Below, in pieces: positions 49,774 to 60,153 of a stretch of 64,000 nucleotides of DNA; the stretch's first letter is position 1, and every line of letters starts with the position of its first letter. This stretch comes from Desulfomicrobium sp. (GTDB taxonomy: Bacteria; Desulfobacterota; Desulfovibrionia; Desulfovibrionales; Desulfomicrobiaceae): the NCBI GenBank assembly GCA_040768745.1, contig JAXGMI010000001.1, forward strand, positions 1,760,001-1,824,000. The letters run 5' to 3'. A model generated the notes under the pieces. That model was not told the DNA's origin, did not search any database, and saw only the letters and a list, made by a program, of their open reading frames with translations. The position numbers and the translations under genes were made by a program.

Positions 49774-52464
49774 TCAGAAAAACTGTCCAACGGAAAACTC
49801 AAACCGGCCTTTCCTGTCTTCGTTGGTTTCCACATCGTCCAGAGGGTATCCGTACTCCAGCCGCAGCGGCCCCAGAGGAGAGTACCAGCGGACGCCCGCC
49901 CCGACGCTTTTGCAGAGTTCGAAGTCGATGGACTGGTCGTCGTCCCAGACGTTGCCGGCATCGAAAAAGACCAGGCCCATGATGCCCATTTCCTTGTGCA
50001 GGGGGACGAGATATTCGACGTTGAAGAAGAAGCTCTTGTCGCCGCCCTTCTCGTCGCCCTCCTCATAGCCCTGCTGCCCTTCCTGCGGGTCGTAGACAGG
50101 TGAGATGGACCGCTCCTTGTACCCGCGCACGGAATTCATGCCGCCGAGATAGAAGCGCTCGAACGGCGGGATCCGTTCGCTGGTGTTCTTCATCACGTAT
50201 CCAGCCTGGGCATGCAGGTGCAGGATGGTTTCCAGCAGTACGGGGTAGTAGTGGTTCGCGTCGGCAATGTATTTGATGAAGTCGTCGTCGCCGCCCAGGA
50301 TGCCTCCGCCGTATTCCACCGAGAACTGGTGGGTGTTGCCCCTGCTCGGGTTGATGCGCCTGTCCGTGGTGTCTCTCTTGATGGACGCATACAACGCGCT
50401 GGCCCAGTTGTGGCCTTCAATGTCCTTGATGACCTTGTCCGCGTCGTCGTCCACGTCTTCGATGGTGTATCGTTCCAGACGGTAGTTCCAGGACAGGTTG
50501 GTGTATTCTCCCAGGGGGTAGCCGAAAAGGAGCTTCCCGCCCATGGCCTGCTTGTCGTAGTCGGAATACTCGCTGATGGTGTTGTAAAGGCTCAGGCCCA
50601 TGCCCAGATTCGTATCGTTGTAGTGGGGGTTCCAGAACGTGGTGGTGTAGTCGGAGGACTTGGCGCTGACGGTGCCCCGGAAGCCGAGCTGGTAGCCCAT
50701 GCCGAAGAGGTTGCGCTCCAGGACCTGGCCTGAGAAAAACACCTGCGAGTAGCTGGAATACCCCACGCCAGCGGAGAATTCGCCGGTGGGCTTTTCCTTG
50801 ACCCTGACCCGCAGGTTGAGATTTTCCGGGCTTCCGGTGGGTTCGGGGGTGATGTCCACGGTGTCGAAGAAATCAAGCTTGGTCAGCCTGGTGTTCGATC
50901 TGCGCAGGAGACTTCCGCTGTACAGATCCCCGTCGGCCATGCGCATTTCGCGGCGGATGACGTTGTCCCTGGTCTTGCTGTTCCCCTCGATGAGCACCCT
51001 GTTGATGGATACCTTGGTTCCTTTGGACAGAAGGTAGGTGATTCCGAGGGATTTGTCGTCTTCGTTGCGGGCGATCTTCACGTCCGCCTCGGCAAAGGCA
51101 TAGCCGAAGTTCGAATAGTGTTCAGCCAGCTTTTGCAGATCCGACCGCATGACGGAACGATCGAAGAAGCCTTTGGATTTGGCCACATCATCCAGGGCGA
51201 CCACGGAGTTCAGGTCATCGGGATGGCTGATCATCTCCCCGCTGAAGTCCACGGATTGCACCTTGTAGCGGGCTCCTTCCTCCACCTGGAAGGTGACGGT
51301 GATGCCCTTGTCCGTGAAGCTGACCACGGGCTGGCCGACCTTGGCGTTCAAGAAGCCGCGGTTTCCGTAATAGGCCTCCAGGGCCGCCGCGTCGCGGTCC
51401 AGTATTTCCTCGCGCAGGATGCCTGATCCGGTCATCCACGAGAACATGCCTCGTTCGGACAGGGCCAACTGGTCTTTCAGGTCGTCCGAATCAAGTTGTT
51501 TGGCGCCTTGGATGACGATATCCGTCACGTAGAGCTTGTTCCCTTCATTGATCACGATGTTCAGTCGGGCCCGCTTGGCATCGGCCTGTTCCAGCCGATA
51601 GTCCACTGTGGCGTTGAAGTAGCCGTCCTTGCGGTACAATTCCCGTATTTTGCCCATATCATCGGCCAGCACGCGAGGATTCAGCACGGCCCCTGTTTTG
51701 GTCGAAATGGCCGCCAGAATGTCTTCGGCGTCCAGCTCCTGCGCCCCTTCCACGTTGATGGCCTGGATCAGGGGTTTTTCCTTGACATTGATGATCAGGC
51801 GCTTGCCGTCGGACACCTCTTCCATGGAGATGGTGATGTCATCGAAATAGCCGAGGCCGTAAAGGTTTTTGAGTTCCGCGTTGATCACCTTGGGATCGTA
51901 GGCATCCCCTGGCTGAACCTTGAGACGCATGAGAACCACATCGTCGTCGAGGATCTCGTTTCCCTGTACATCGATGGAAGCGATGCGGTCCTGCCGGCCG
52001 ATGCCGATTTTGATCTTGGCCGCCGTCTCCTCGACCGCCGGAAGGAGGTTGATGACTCCTTCCTTGACCACGAAGAAAGGCTTGGGTTCCTTGATGCCAT
52101 AGGCCTCCACCAGCCGGGTGTCCAGGCTGATGGTTTCACCCACCTGACTGAAGCTGCCGTAGACGGCGTACCCGGCGCCGGCAAGCAGGGCCATTTCCTT
52201 GGCCACGGCCAGATCGAGAAATTCAACCCGGTGCTCCTGCAGCAGTTTCACCGCCTGTTCGGGAGGGAGAACCTCCAGGCCCATGGAAACGAGCCGGTCA
52301 TGCAGCAACTTGGGCAGGCTCTCTTCCAGATAGGCCAGATTGGGGCCCGCGTTGACTGCAAAGGGCAGCACAATGACCTTGGTGTTGGTCTCCGCCGGAG
52401 CGGTGGAGACGGCGCAAAAAAGAAGGAGACCAAGGACAAGACACAGGAACGGGCTATGTTTCAT
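49774..52464 (-). CDS. bamA: Outer membrane protein assembly factor BamA
   Basis: POTRA repeats, GN.KTRDNVIRRE, VRGY, SPLGPLR.EYG, terminal F. Confidence 0.96.
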   Translation of the reverse strand: MKHSPFLCLVLGLLLFCAVSTAPAETNTKVIVLPFAVNAGPNLAYLEESLPKLLHDRLVSMGLEVLPPEQAVKLLQEHRVEFLDLAVAKEMALLAGAGYAVYGSFSQVGETISLDTRLVEAYGIKEPKPFFVVKEGVINLLPAVEETAAKIKIGIGRQDRIASIDVQGNEILDDDVVLMRLKVQPGDAYDPKVINAELKNLYGLGYFDDITISMEEVSDGKRLIINVKEKPLIQAINVEGAQELDAEDILAAISTKTGAVLNPRVLADDMGKIRELYRKDGYFNATVDYRLEQADAKRARLNIVINEGNKLYVTDIVIQGAKQLDSDDLKDQLALSERGMFSWMTGSGILREEILDRDAAALEAYYGNRGFLNAKVGQPVVSFTDKGITVTFQVEEGARYKVQSVDFSGEMISHPDDLNSVVALDDVAKSKGFFDRSVMRSDLQKLAEHYSNFGYAFAEADVKIARNEDDKSLGITYLLSKGTKVSINRVLIEGNSKTRDNVIRREMRMADGDLYSGSLLRRSNTRLTKLDFFDTVDITPEPTGSPENLNLRVRVKEKPTGEFSAGVGYSSYSQVFFSGQVLERNLFGMGYQLGFRGTVSAKSSDYTTTFWNPHYNDTNLGMGLSLYNTISEYSDYDKQAMGGKLLFGYPLGEYTNLSWNYRLERYTIEDVDDDADKVIKDIEGHNWASALYASIKRDTTDRRINPSRGNTHQFSVEYGGGILGGDDDFIKYIADANHYYPVLLETILHLHAQAGYVMKNTSERIPPFERFYLGGMNSVRGYKERSISPVYDPQEGQQGYEEGDEKGGDKSFFFNVEYLVPLHKEMGIMGLVFFDAGNVWDDDQSIDFELCKSVGAGVRWYSPLGPLRLEYGYPLDDVETNEDRKGRFEFSVGQFF

Positions 52465-53131
52465 ACAGTTCTCCGGAACGAAGCTCCAGGGTGCGGTACA
52501 TGCACTGAGCAAGTTCTGTATTGTGGGTCACGACGATCAGGGTCACGCCCTGGACCTTGTTCAATTCCATTATGAGTGCATTGATTTCTCGGCCAGTGCG
52601 TTCATCGAGGTTGCCTGTGGGTTCGTCAGCCAGGATGACCTTGGGCTCAAGGAGGATGGCGCGGGCAATGGCCGCACGTTGTCTTTCCCCTCCGGACAGG
52701 GTGGTTACCCTGTGATGGAGCCTGTGCGCAAGTCCCACGCGCGTCAAGGCCGCGTCGGCCATATCCAGGGCCTGCCGCTGGGACATGCCGCCGATGATGC
52801 CCGGCATGGCCACATTTTCGCGGGTCGAGAACTCGGGCAGGAGGTGGTGGAACTGGAAGACGAAGCCGATGTTTATGTTGCGGATCCGGGCCCGATCCTT
52901 CCAGCCCAGTGTGGAGATGTCCACCCCGTTGAAGAAGATGGATCCCGAGGACGGAACGTCCAGGGTGCCCATGATTTGCAGGAGGGTGGTTTTCCCGGAT
53001 CCAGAGGCCCCGACAATGGCCACGGATTCGCCCTGGGCAATTTCCAGGTCGATGTCGCGCAGTACGGTCAAGGTCTCCTCTCCCTGGATATAGGTCTTGC
53101 CGATCCGTTCCAGGCGGTAGACGCTATTCAT
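52454..53131 (-). CDS. lolD: Lipoprotein-releasing ABC ATPase
   Basis: [35 protein letters not shown]. Confidence 0.93.
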   Translation of the reverse strand: MNSVYRLERIGKTYIQGEETLTVLRDIDLEIAQGESVAIVGASGSGKTTLLQIMGTLDVPSSGSIFFNGVDISTLGWKDRARIRNINIGFVFQFHHLLPEFSTRENVAMPGIIGGMSQRQALDMADAALTRVGLAHRLHHRVTTLSGGERQRAAIARAILLEPKVILADEPTGNLDERTGREINALIMELNKVQGVTLIVVTHNTELAQCMYRTLELRSGELYET

Positions 53132-54353
53132 AGCGCAGGGCCTCGGTGGGGAGCATTTTGGCCGCCTGTCTGGCCGGATAGAGGGTGGCCAGGAAACACA
53201 GGGCCATGGCCGCCAGGGCGATGCAGGACATGTCCCACAGCTCGATCCTCACCGGCAGGTGGTCCAGATAGTACACGTCGGCAGGGAGCTTGATGAATTG
53301 ATATTTTTTGAGCAGCGAGCAGATGGCGAGCCCCAGGCAGAAGCCGCTGGTCGTGCCCACGGCCCCGATGAGCGAGCCCTGGAGAATGAAGATGTTCCGG
53401 ATCTGGAGGGTTGTGGCGCCCAGGGCCATGAGCACGGCGATGTCCTTGGTTTTTTCCATGACCATCATGACCAGGGTGGTGATGATGGAAAAGGATCCGA
53501 CCAGCACGATCATGATCAGGATGACGGCCATGGCTGTTTTTTCGAGCTTCAGGGCTGCAAAGAGGTTCTGGTTCATCTCGATCCAGTTCCTGGCGTAGAA
53601 AGGAAAGCCGCCCAGGGCCCGGACCAGGAGATCGCCTGTCTCCTGGACATTGTCGATGTCCTTCACCCGGTACTCGATGCCCGTGACGAAATCGCCTTCA
53701 AAACCCAGAATCTTCTGGGCCTCGGGGATGGATACGAAGGCCAGGGAAGAGTCATACTCGAACATCCCGGAATGAAAGATGCCAACCACGTTGAAAAAGG
53801 CGATTTTGGGCGAGAAGCCGGCTGCGGACTTCTTGCCGCTGGGCGAGAGCAGGCTGACCCGGCTGCCCAGGGTCAGGCCGAGACGCATGGCCAGTTCCTT
53901 GCCAATGACGATGCCCGGGGTATCGTCAGTCAGGGCGAGGTCCGTGAGGGAGCCGGCGATAATGTCTTTTTCCACGGACAATACCGTGCCGGCGGTGCGC
54001 GGGTCGATGCCGCGCAGCACCACGCCCTTCACCCCGGTGGGAGTGGAGAGCATGACCTCGTAGTAGATGAAGGGGGTTGCGGCCACGATGCCGTCGGTCT
54101 GCAGGCTTTTGTGGACCAGGCGGTCGTAGTCCCCGAGGGTCTGTTTCACCGAGCCCAGAATGAGGTGGGAGTTCAGTCCCAGAATCTTGTCCCGCAGGTT
54201 CTCGCTGAATCCGTTCATGACCCCCAGGACCACGATGAGGGAGGCCACGCCGATGGCCACGCCCAGCACGGATATGAGGGAGATGACGGAAATGAAGGCC
54301 TGCTTGCGCCGGGCCAGAAGGTATCGCAGGGAAACAAACAGTTCGAAGTGCAT
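53124..54353 (-). CDS. Lipoprotein-releasing ABC permease LolC/E
   Basis: LRYL, GVA.LIVVL.VMNGF, K.KDIAVL..LGA, YPA..AA. Confidence 0.92.
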   Translation of the reverse strand: MHFELFVSLRYLLARRKQAFISVISLISVLGVAIGVASLIVVLGVMNGFSENLRDKILGLNSHLILGSVKQTLGDYDRLVHKSLQTDGIVAATPFIYYEVMLSTPTGVKGVVLRGIDPRTAGTVLSVEKDIIAGSLTDLALTDDTPGIVIGKELAMRLGLTLGSRVSLLSPSGKKSAAGFSPKIAFFNVVGIFHSGMFEYDSSLAFVSIPEAQKILGFEGDFVTGIEYRVKDIDNVQETGDLLVRALGGFPFYARNWIEMNQNLFAALKLEKTAMAVILIMIVLVGSFSIITTLVMMVMEKTKDIAVLMALGATTLQIRNIFILQGSLIGAVGTTSGFCLGLAICSLLKKYQFIKLPADVYYLDHLPVRIELWDMSCIALAAMALCFLATLYPARQAAKMLPTEALRYE

Positions 54354-54407
54354 GATTGTCTCTGTGGGAGGGATTGAGCCGGCCATAAAGGGCCCGGCGC
54401 AATGCCT

Positions 54408-55916
54408 CTAGCCGGCGATTTCGGGCCGCAGCAAGGGAAAAAGGATGACTTCCCGGATGGACGGCGAGTCCGTGAGCAGCATGACCAGGCGGTCGATGCC
54501 GATGCCCTGTCCTGCCGCCGGGGGCATGCCGTACTCCAGGGCGCGGATGTAGTCCTCATCCATGGCGTGGGCCTCGTCGTCCCCCGCGGCCTTCTCGCGG
54601 ACCTGTTCCTCGAAGCGGGCCTTCTGGTCATAGGGGTCGTTCAGTTCTGAAAAGGCGTTGGCCATTTCCTGCCCGCAAATGAAAAGCTCGAACCTGTCCG
54701 TGATCTCCGGGTTCTGGTCGTTCTTGCGCGAGAGCGGGGAGATGTCCGTGGGATAATGGTAGATGAAGTGGGGCTGGATCAGCTTGGGCTCTACCAGGTT
54801 GTCAAAGAGTTTGGCCTGGAGCTTGCCGAGCTTTTCGTTCTTCTGCACGGTCTCCCCGAGTTTCATGGCCAGGTCTTTGCATTTGCCATAGTCGCGGTAG
54901 ACCTCGGGAGAAACCCCGCCAATCTTTTCCAGGGCTGCATGGAATGGCATGCGCACCCAGCCGTCCTGCAGGTCGATGACCTCGCCCTGGTATTCCACCA
55001 GATGCGTGCCGTTCACGGCCTGGGCCAAGTCGCGGAAGAGTTCCTGGGTCAGGTCCATGAGGTCGACGAAGGTGGCGTAGGCCCAGTAGAATTCGATCAT
55101 GGTGAATTCCGGGTTGTGCCGCGTGTCGATGCCTTCGTTGCGGAAATTGCGGTTGATCTCGTAGACCCTGTCGAATCCGCCCACCAGCAGGCGCTTAAGA
55201 TAGAGTTCCGGGGCGATGCGCAGAAAAAGGTCCATGTCCAGGGCATTGTGGTGGGTCCTGAAGGGCTTGGCCGTGGCCCCGCCGGCAATGGGCTGCATCA
55301 TCGGTGTTTCCACTTCCAGGAAGTGGCGTTCGTTCAGGAACTTGCGGATAAATTGCACAATGGCAGTGCGTTTGCGGAAGATTTCCCGGGCCCGGTCATT
55401 GACCAGGAGGTCCACATAGCGCTGGCGGTAGCGGGTCTCCACGTCCTTGAGGCCATGGTATTTTTCCGGCAGGGGCCGCATGGACTTGGACAGCAGGCGG
55501 ACCTCGCTGGACTTGACGGTCAGTTCCCCTGTCTTGGTGCGGAACAGGGTGCCGGCCACGCCGACGATGTCGCCGATCTCGAATTTTTTGAAAATGGAAT
55601 AGTTGTCAGCGCCCAGGTCATCGCGCTGGGCATACACCTGCACGCGGCCCGTGGCGTCCTGGATGTGGAAAAAGGTCGCCTTGCCAAAGGAGCGGTGGGC
55701 CATGATCCGGCCGCACACGGCCAGGGCCAGGGCTTCCTGGGCCAGGGCTTCCTCGGATTTGTCCCCGTGTGCCGTGAGCACGTCTCCGATCTCGGCAGAT
55801 CGCCGGAAGTCGTTGGGATATAGGGAAATGCCAGCGTCGAGCAGGAACTGGGCCTTTTCCTTGCGGTGGCGCAGGAGCTGCTTTTCCGTTGGGGCATTGA
55901 TCTGGTCTTGTGTCAA
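54408..55916 (-). CDS. lysS: Lysine-tRNA ligase (class II)
   Basis: RYRQRY.D, EVETPM, LRIAPEL, FRNEG, EYGMPP..G.GIGIDR; TTG start after GGAGA. Confidence 0.97.
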   Translation of the reverse strand: MTQDQINAPTEKQLLRHRKEKAQFLLDAGISLYPNDFRRSAEIGDVLTAHGDKSEEALAQEALALAVCGRIMAHRSFGKATFFHIQDATGRVQVYAQRDDLGADNYSIFKKFEIGDIVGVAGTLFRTKTGELTVKSSEVRLLSKSMRPLPEKYHGLKDVETRYRQRYVDLLVNDRAREIFRKRTAIVQFIRKFLNERHFLEVETPMMQPIAGGATAKPFRTHHNALDMDLFLRIAPELYLKRLLVGGFDRVYEINRNFRNEGIDTRHNPEFTMIEFYWAYATFVDLMDLTQELFRDLAQAVNGTHLVEYQGEVIDLQDGWVRMPFHAALEKIGGVSPEVYRDYGKCKDLAMKLGETVQKNEKLGKLQAKLFDNLVEPKLIQPHFIYHYPTDISPLSRKNDQNPEITDRFELFICGQEMANAFSELNDPYDQKARFEEQVREKAAGDDEAHAMDEDYIRALEYGMPPAAGQGIGIDRLVMLLTDSPSIREVILFPLLRPEIAG

Positions 55917-55978
55917 GGACTGTCTCCAGTTCGGTGTAATGCGTAAACCAATGCGGCTATTGGAAATTGGACGTGACG

Positions 55979-56818
55979 TCAAGAAATGTCAACCCAGGAA
56001 GGCGGCGGGAGCGCTGGAATTGAGCCGTTTTTCAGGTTCCGGGCAAGCCGTGCGCCATTGTCCATGATTCTCTCCCCGGTCAGTCCGCAGGAGCGCAGGG
56101 TGGCCAGGTTGGCGCGTTCCACACGGGGGTTGAACAGGGGGTAGTCGCTGCCAAAAAGGATGCGGTCCGGGGCGTGGCGTCTGAGAATGGCGGTGACTGC
56201 CGGCTCGCCCAAAAAGGGGCCGCAGCAGGATGTGTCCAGGTCCAGATCACGGCCGCAGAGCAGGTCCAGGGTCTGGGACCACTGGTGCAGCCCGCCCAGG
56301 TGTGCGGCGATGACCCGCAGGCGGGGAAAATTGTCCAGGACCGAGGCCAGGGCCCGGGGTGGGGACACCGTCGGGTTTCCGGGCCGGGAGGGTCCCATGT
56401 GGATCATGCATGTGAAATCATCCTGGGCCGCCTCCCACAGGGGGCGCCAGACAGGGCTGTCCAGGGGGATGCCGGTCAGGTCCGGATGGATCTTGAGCCC
56501 GTGAATGCCGTGGCGGCGCAGGCGGTCCAGCTGTCCTGCCCACCCGGGATGCAGGGGATGGACCGAGCCGAAAGGAATGAGCCTGGGGTGTTGCCGGCCG
56601 ACCTCGATCATCCAGGTGTTGGCCGGCACCGTCTGTTCGGGCCGCAGGGCCGCGGTGAAACAGAGGGCGTGGGTCAGGGCGGCATGGTCCAGGTGCCGGA
56701 GGAGGTCTTCCGGCGACCCGTCTCCGGCAGGAGGACGGCCGAATTCCTGACCAATGGCCGCAGCCAGTTTGGGTCCGATCTTGGGGGGAAAGACGTGGGT
56801 GTGGCAGTCAACCAGCAT
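55979..56818 (-). CDS. Amidohydrolase-family metallohydrolase
   Basis: [29 protein letters not shown]. Confidence 0.88.
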   Translation of the reverse strand: MLVDCHTHVFPPKIGPKLAAAIGQEFGRPPAGDGSPEDLLRHLDHAALTHALCFTAALRPEQTVPANTWMIEVGRQHPRLIPFGSVHPLHPGWAGQLDRLRRHGIHGLKIHPDLTGIPLDSPVWRPLWEAAQDDFTCMIHMGPSRPGNPTVSPPRALASVLDNFPRLRVIAAHLGGLHQWSQTLDLLCGRDLDLDTSCCGPFLGEPAVTAILRRHAPDRILFGSDYPLFNPRVERANLATLRSCGLTGERIMDNGARLARNLKNGSIPALPPPSWVDIS

Positions 56819-57242
56819 CGGGCAGGTGCTGTTCAAAAAGGTCATGCAGCCAGTCCGGAATGCGCACGGGCCTGCCCTGTCCGTTGACCAGGGCGTGCTG
56901 GGTCGATCCCCGGGCCAGCACTGCGGATTTGTCCGCGTTGGTGATTTCGTACACAAAGGTCAGACTGGCCCGGGAACGCTTGGCTAGGCCGGTGCGGATA
57001 TGGATGATCTCGTCGTAGCGGGCCGGGGAGAAATAGCGGCAGCTGGCCTCCCGGACCGGCAGAAAGAAACCGCGGGCCTCGACCGTGGCGTAGCTGAAGC
57101 CCAGGGCCCGGATCAGGGCGCCGCGGCCGCGCTCGAAAAGGTGCAGATAGTTGGCGTAATAGACCACGCCCATGGCGTCGGTCTCCCCGTAGGAGACCCG
57201 GTGCTCCAGCCAGCAGTTGGGCTGGGCAAAGGGGGTCGTCAC
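56808..57242 (-). CDS. YbgC/FadM-family acyl-CoA thioesterase
   Basis: RVSYGETDAMGVVYYANYL..FE.GR. Confidence 0.9.
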   Translation of the reverse strand: MTTPFAQPNCWLEHRVSYGETDAMGVVYYANYLHLFERGRGALIRALGFSYATVEARGFFLPVREASCRYFSPARYDEIIHIRTGLAKRSRASLTFVYEITNADKSAVLARGSTQHALVNGQGRPVRIPDWLHDLFEQHLPDAG

Positions 57243-58429
57243 GTCCGATCCCCGAGGCAGAAGGGCAGCAGTTCCTGACCGGAGTCCAGGAACAGACCGG
57301 TGGACGAGGCCGTATCCTCGTCAAACGCGGCCGGGCCACCGGTGCGCGGGGCGCGGGTGCGGTAGACTGCGAACGGCACCGGGTCCTCGGTGTGGGTGCG
57401 GCGGGCGATGGGGGTAAAGTGGTCGCAGGTGACCACGATGGTGGCGTCGCTGTCCTTCAGGGCGGCCAGGACCGGGGCGGCGATGCGCTGGTCGAAAAGC
57501 TCGATGGCCCGTTTCTTGAGGTCCGGATCGCCCATGTGTCCGCACTCGTCCGGGGCTTCCACGTGCACGTAGACAAAATCGCCGTGGTCCAGGAAGTCCA
57601 GGGCGGCCCGGACCTTGCCTTCGTAGTTGGTGTCGATGAGGCCGGTGGCGCCCGGCACGTCCAGCACGGCCATGCCTGCGGCCCGGCCCAGACCCCTGAC
57701 CAGGTCCACGGCCGAGACCACGGCCCCGATGCGTCCGAAGCGTTCGGCAAAGGGAGGCAGGGTCAGGGGACGGCCCTGGCCCCAGGGCCAGACCGAGTTG
57801 GCCTGGGACGTGGGATCGGCATGCAGAAAGGCGTGGGCTGCGCGGATGAAGCGCTCCAGGTCGGGGATGGTGGCAAAGGCTTCCAGATCCTGGGCAATGG
57901 GTTGGTCCAGGATGTCGTGGGGAGGACGGATGGCCAGCCCGGCGGCGCTGGTCCGGGCTCCGCCCTTGTGGACCAGGAGGTGCCGGTACTGGATGCCCTG
58001 CACCGGCACAAACGGGCTGCCTGCGGCCAACCTGGCCAGTTCGGCCACCAGGGGCGCGGCCACCGGCGTGCCGATGTGGCCGGAGGAATAGTCCAGCATG
58101 CGGCCCTGGTCCGAGAGGGCGGACACGTTGACCAGGTTCATGCGCCAGACCAGGTCGTCGGGGTCCAGTTCCAGGCCCTGGGCCGCTGCTTCGATGGGCC
58201 CGCGGCCCGTGTGGTGGGTCTGCGGATCGTATCCCAGCAGGGACATGTTGGCCACGTCGGACCCCGGATGCATGCCCACGGGCACTGTCCGGCAGCGGCC
58301 GCATGTGCCGCGCCGGGCCAGATAGTCCATGGTCGGGGTCTGGGCGGCCTGCAGGGTGGTGCGGCCGCCCAGGGAGTCGATAGGCCAGCCGGCCATGCCG
58401 TCGGCCACCAGGAAGAGGAGCTTTGACAT
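57239..58429 (-). CDS. ApgM-family alkaline-phosphatase-fold phosphotransferase (iPGM-like or alternative homoserine kinase)
   Basis: VADGMA, PGSDVAN, GRGPIEA, HVEAPDECGH, DH.TP, HT..PVPF; TGATG-coupled to hom. Confidence 0.85.
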   Translation of the reverse strand: MSKLLFLVADGMAGWPIDSLGGRTTLQAAQTPTMDYLARRGTCGRCRTVPVGMHPGSDVANMSLLGYDPQTHHTGRGPIEAAAQGLELDPDDLVWRMNLVNVSALSDQGRMLDYSSGHIGTPVAAPLVAELARLAAGSPFVPVQGIQYRHLLVHKGGARTSAAGLAIRPPHDILDQPIAQDLEAFATIPDLERFIRAAHAFLHADPTSQANSVWPWGQGRPLTLPPFAERFGRIGAVVSAVDLVRGLGRAAGMAVLDVPGATGLIDTNYEGKVRAALDFLDHGDFVYVHVEAPDECGHMGDPDLKKRAIELFDQRIAAPVLAALKDSDATIVVTCDHFTPIARRTHTEDPVPFAVYRTRAPRTGGPAAFDEDTASSTGLFLDSGQELLPFCLGDRT

Positions 58430-59721
58430 CAGATGATCCTGTAGTGCACCGGCGGGTCGAGCACGAAGGTGAATTTCTTGATGGTGTCCAGGGCCGCGGA
58501 CACATTCTGCATCTGGGCCGAATGGCTGATGAAGACGATGGGTACCCCGGCATTGGGCGCGCATTCACGCTGGACCACCTGGGCGATGCTGATGTTGTAT
58601 TCGCCCATGACCCCGGCGATGGAGGCCATGACTCCGGGGCGGTCAACCACGGTGAAGCGGAAATAATGGCGGAATACGGTCAATTCCGGGGCCAGGATCT
58701 GGGCCATGGGCAGCCGCGCTTCCAGGAACCCGGTGTTGTTGGGCACGCAGTTGGTGCGGGACAGGGCCAGAATGTCGGCCAGGACCGCACTGCCCGTGGG
58801 CAGGTCACCGGCGCCCTGGCCGTAGAGCATGACCGGGCCCACGGCGTTGCCTTCCAGCAGGATGGAGTTGAACGGGCCGTCAACCTTGGCCAGGATGTGG
58901 TCCTGGCGCAGCAGGGCGGGGTAGACCCCGGCATGGAGCAGGCCGGACTTTTCGCGCACCTGGGCCAGGAGTTTGAGCCGGTAACCGAATTCCTTGGCCA
59001 GGGCGATGTCGAAGCGGTCGACCTTGGAAATCCCCTCCACGACCAGTTTGCTCAGGGGGAAATCCAGCCCATAGGCCAGGCGGATGAGGATGACCAGCTT
59101 GTGGGCCGCGTCGATGCCTTCCACGTCCAGGGTCGGATCGGCCTCGGCATATCCTTTGGCCTGGGCCTTGGCCAGGACAGTGGTGAAATCCTCGTCCTTC
59201 TCGGACATCTCGGACATGATGAAGTTGGCCGTGCCGTTCAGGATGCCGGTCAGGGCCTTGATGCGGTTGCCGGCCAGGCTTTCCTTCAGGGTCTGGATGA
59301 TGGGGATGCCGCCGGCCACGCTGGCCTCGTAATACAGTCCCAGGTTCTTGCTGGCGGCCAGTTCGAAGAGTTCCGGACCGTGCTCGGCCAGCAGGGCCTT
59401 GTTGGCCGTGACCACGGACTTGCCGTGGTTCAGGGCCTGGGTGATGAGTTTGCGCGGGAACTCGATCCCCCCGGCCAGTTCGACGATGATGTCGATTTCC
59501 GGATCGTTGACCAGATCGTCCATGCTGGTGGTGAAGGCCGTACCGGGCGAGGGCGCGACGTTTCTGGGCTTGTCCAGGTCGCGGACCATGATGGTTTTGA
59601 CGTTCAGGGTCTTGCCCAGCCTGCGCTCGATCCAGGCGTTGTTTTCCTGGATGATCTTGACCAGACCGGAGCCGACCGTGCCGAGGCCGGCCAGGCCGAG
59701 ATGGATAATGGAGTCTTTCAA
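58429..59721 (-). CDS. hom: Homoserine dehydrogenase with ACT domain
   Basis: GLGTVGSG, VTANKA, EASVAGGIP, NGT.N, AEADP..DV.G.D..HK; TTG after GGAGGA. Confidence 0.96.
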   Translation of the reverse strand: MKDSIIHLGLAGLGTVGSGLVKIIQENNAWIERRLGKTLNVKTIMVRDLDKPRNVAPSPGTAFTTSMDDLVNDPEIDIIVELAGGIEFPRKLITQALNHGKSVVTANKALLAEHGPELFELAASKNLGLYYEASVAGGIPIIQTLKESLAGNRIKALTGILNGTANFIMSEMSEKDEDFTTVLAKAQAKGYAEADPTLDVEGIDAAHKLVILIRLAYGLDFPLSKLVVEGISKVDRFDIALAKEFGYRLKLLAQVREKSGLLHAGVYPALLRQDHILAKVDGPFNSILLEGNAVGPVMLYGQGAGDLPTGSAVLADILALSRTNCVPNNTGFLEARLPMAQILAPELTVFRHYFRFTVVDRPGVMASIAGVMGEYNISIAQVVQRECAPNAGVPIVFISHSAQMQNVSAALDTIKKFTFVLDPPVHYRII

Positions 59722-59836
59722 GGATTCCTCCACGCCGAGGCATTGGGAAAAAGATTGTGGAACAGAAGTGCGCTTGTATCCGTTTCCGCCTCGGTCTGTC
59801 AAAACGGCAGCCGGGGGAAGCCCGCATGGATTCTGG

Positions 59837-59865
59837 TTGACGCCCCAGGGGGTTTTGGATAGATA
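59837..59865 (+). promoter_or_regulatory. Sigma70-type promoter of the tRNA pair
   Basis: TTGACG-17 nt-TAGATA just upstream of tRNA-Ser. Confidence 0.5.
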
Positions 59866-59883
59866 GCCGGTTCTTCACAGAGC

Positions 59884-59980
<97 letters not shown>

Positions 59981-59985
59981 CCCCT

Positions 59986-60076
59986 GGAGGGTTGGCAGAG
60001 CTGGTTGATTGCACCGGTCTTGAAAACCGGCATGCCTTTGCGGGCATCTGGGGTTCGAATCCCTAACCCTCCGCCA
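59986..60076 (+). tRNA. tRNA-Ser(TGA)
   Basis: GGAGGGT/ACCCTCC acceptor stem, CCGGT-CTTGAAA-ACCGG anticodon arm, long variable arm, TTCGAAT, CCA. Confidence 0.96.
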
Positions 60077-60085
60077 AAAGAATAC

Positions 60086-60128
60086 AAACCCCGCGCAGTG
60101 GTTCCTGACTGCGCGGGGTTTCTTGTTT
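60086..60128. terminator. Strong, probably bidirectional terminator between tRNAs and hsdR
   Basis: AAACCCCGCGCAGT-N8-ACTGCGCGGGGTTT perfect 14-bp stem with T-rich tail. Confidence 0.85.
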
Positions 60129-60153
60129 AGCGGGGCTCCTGCCGGGTTGGGCG

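Noticed and set aside
58423..59862. 479-aa plus-strand ORF and similar long antisense ORFs (14588-16261, 18850-19944, 21974-23104, 53259-54377)
   Set aside because: All lie opposite well-supported genes; explained by codon bias
59986..60076. Possible selenocysteine or suppressor tRNA
   Set aside because: Anticodon is TGA (reads UCA, Ser), not TCA; normal 7-bp acceptor stem
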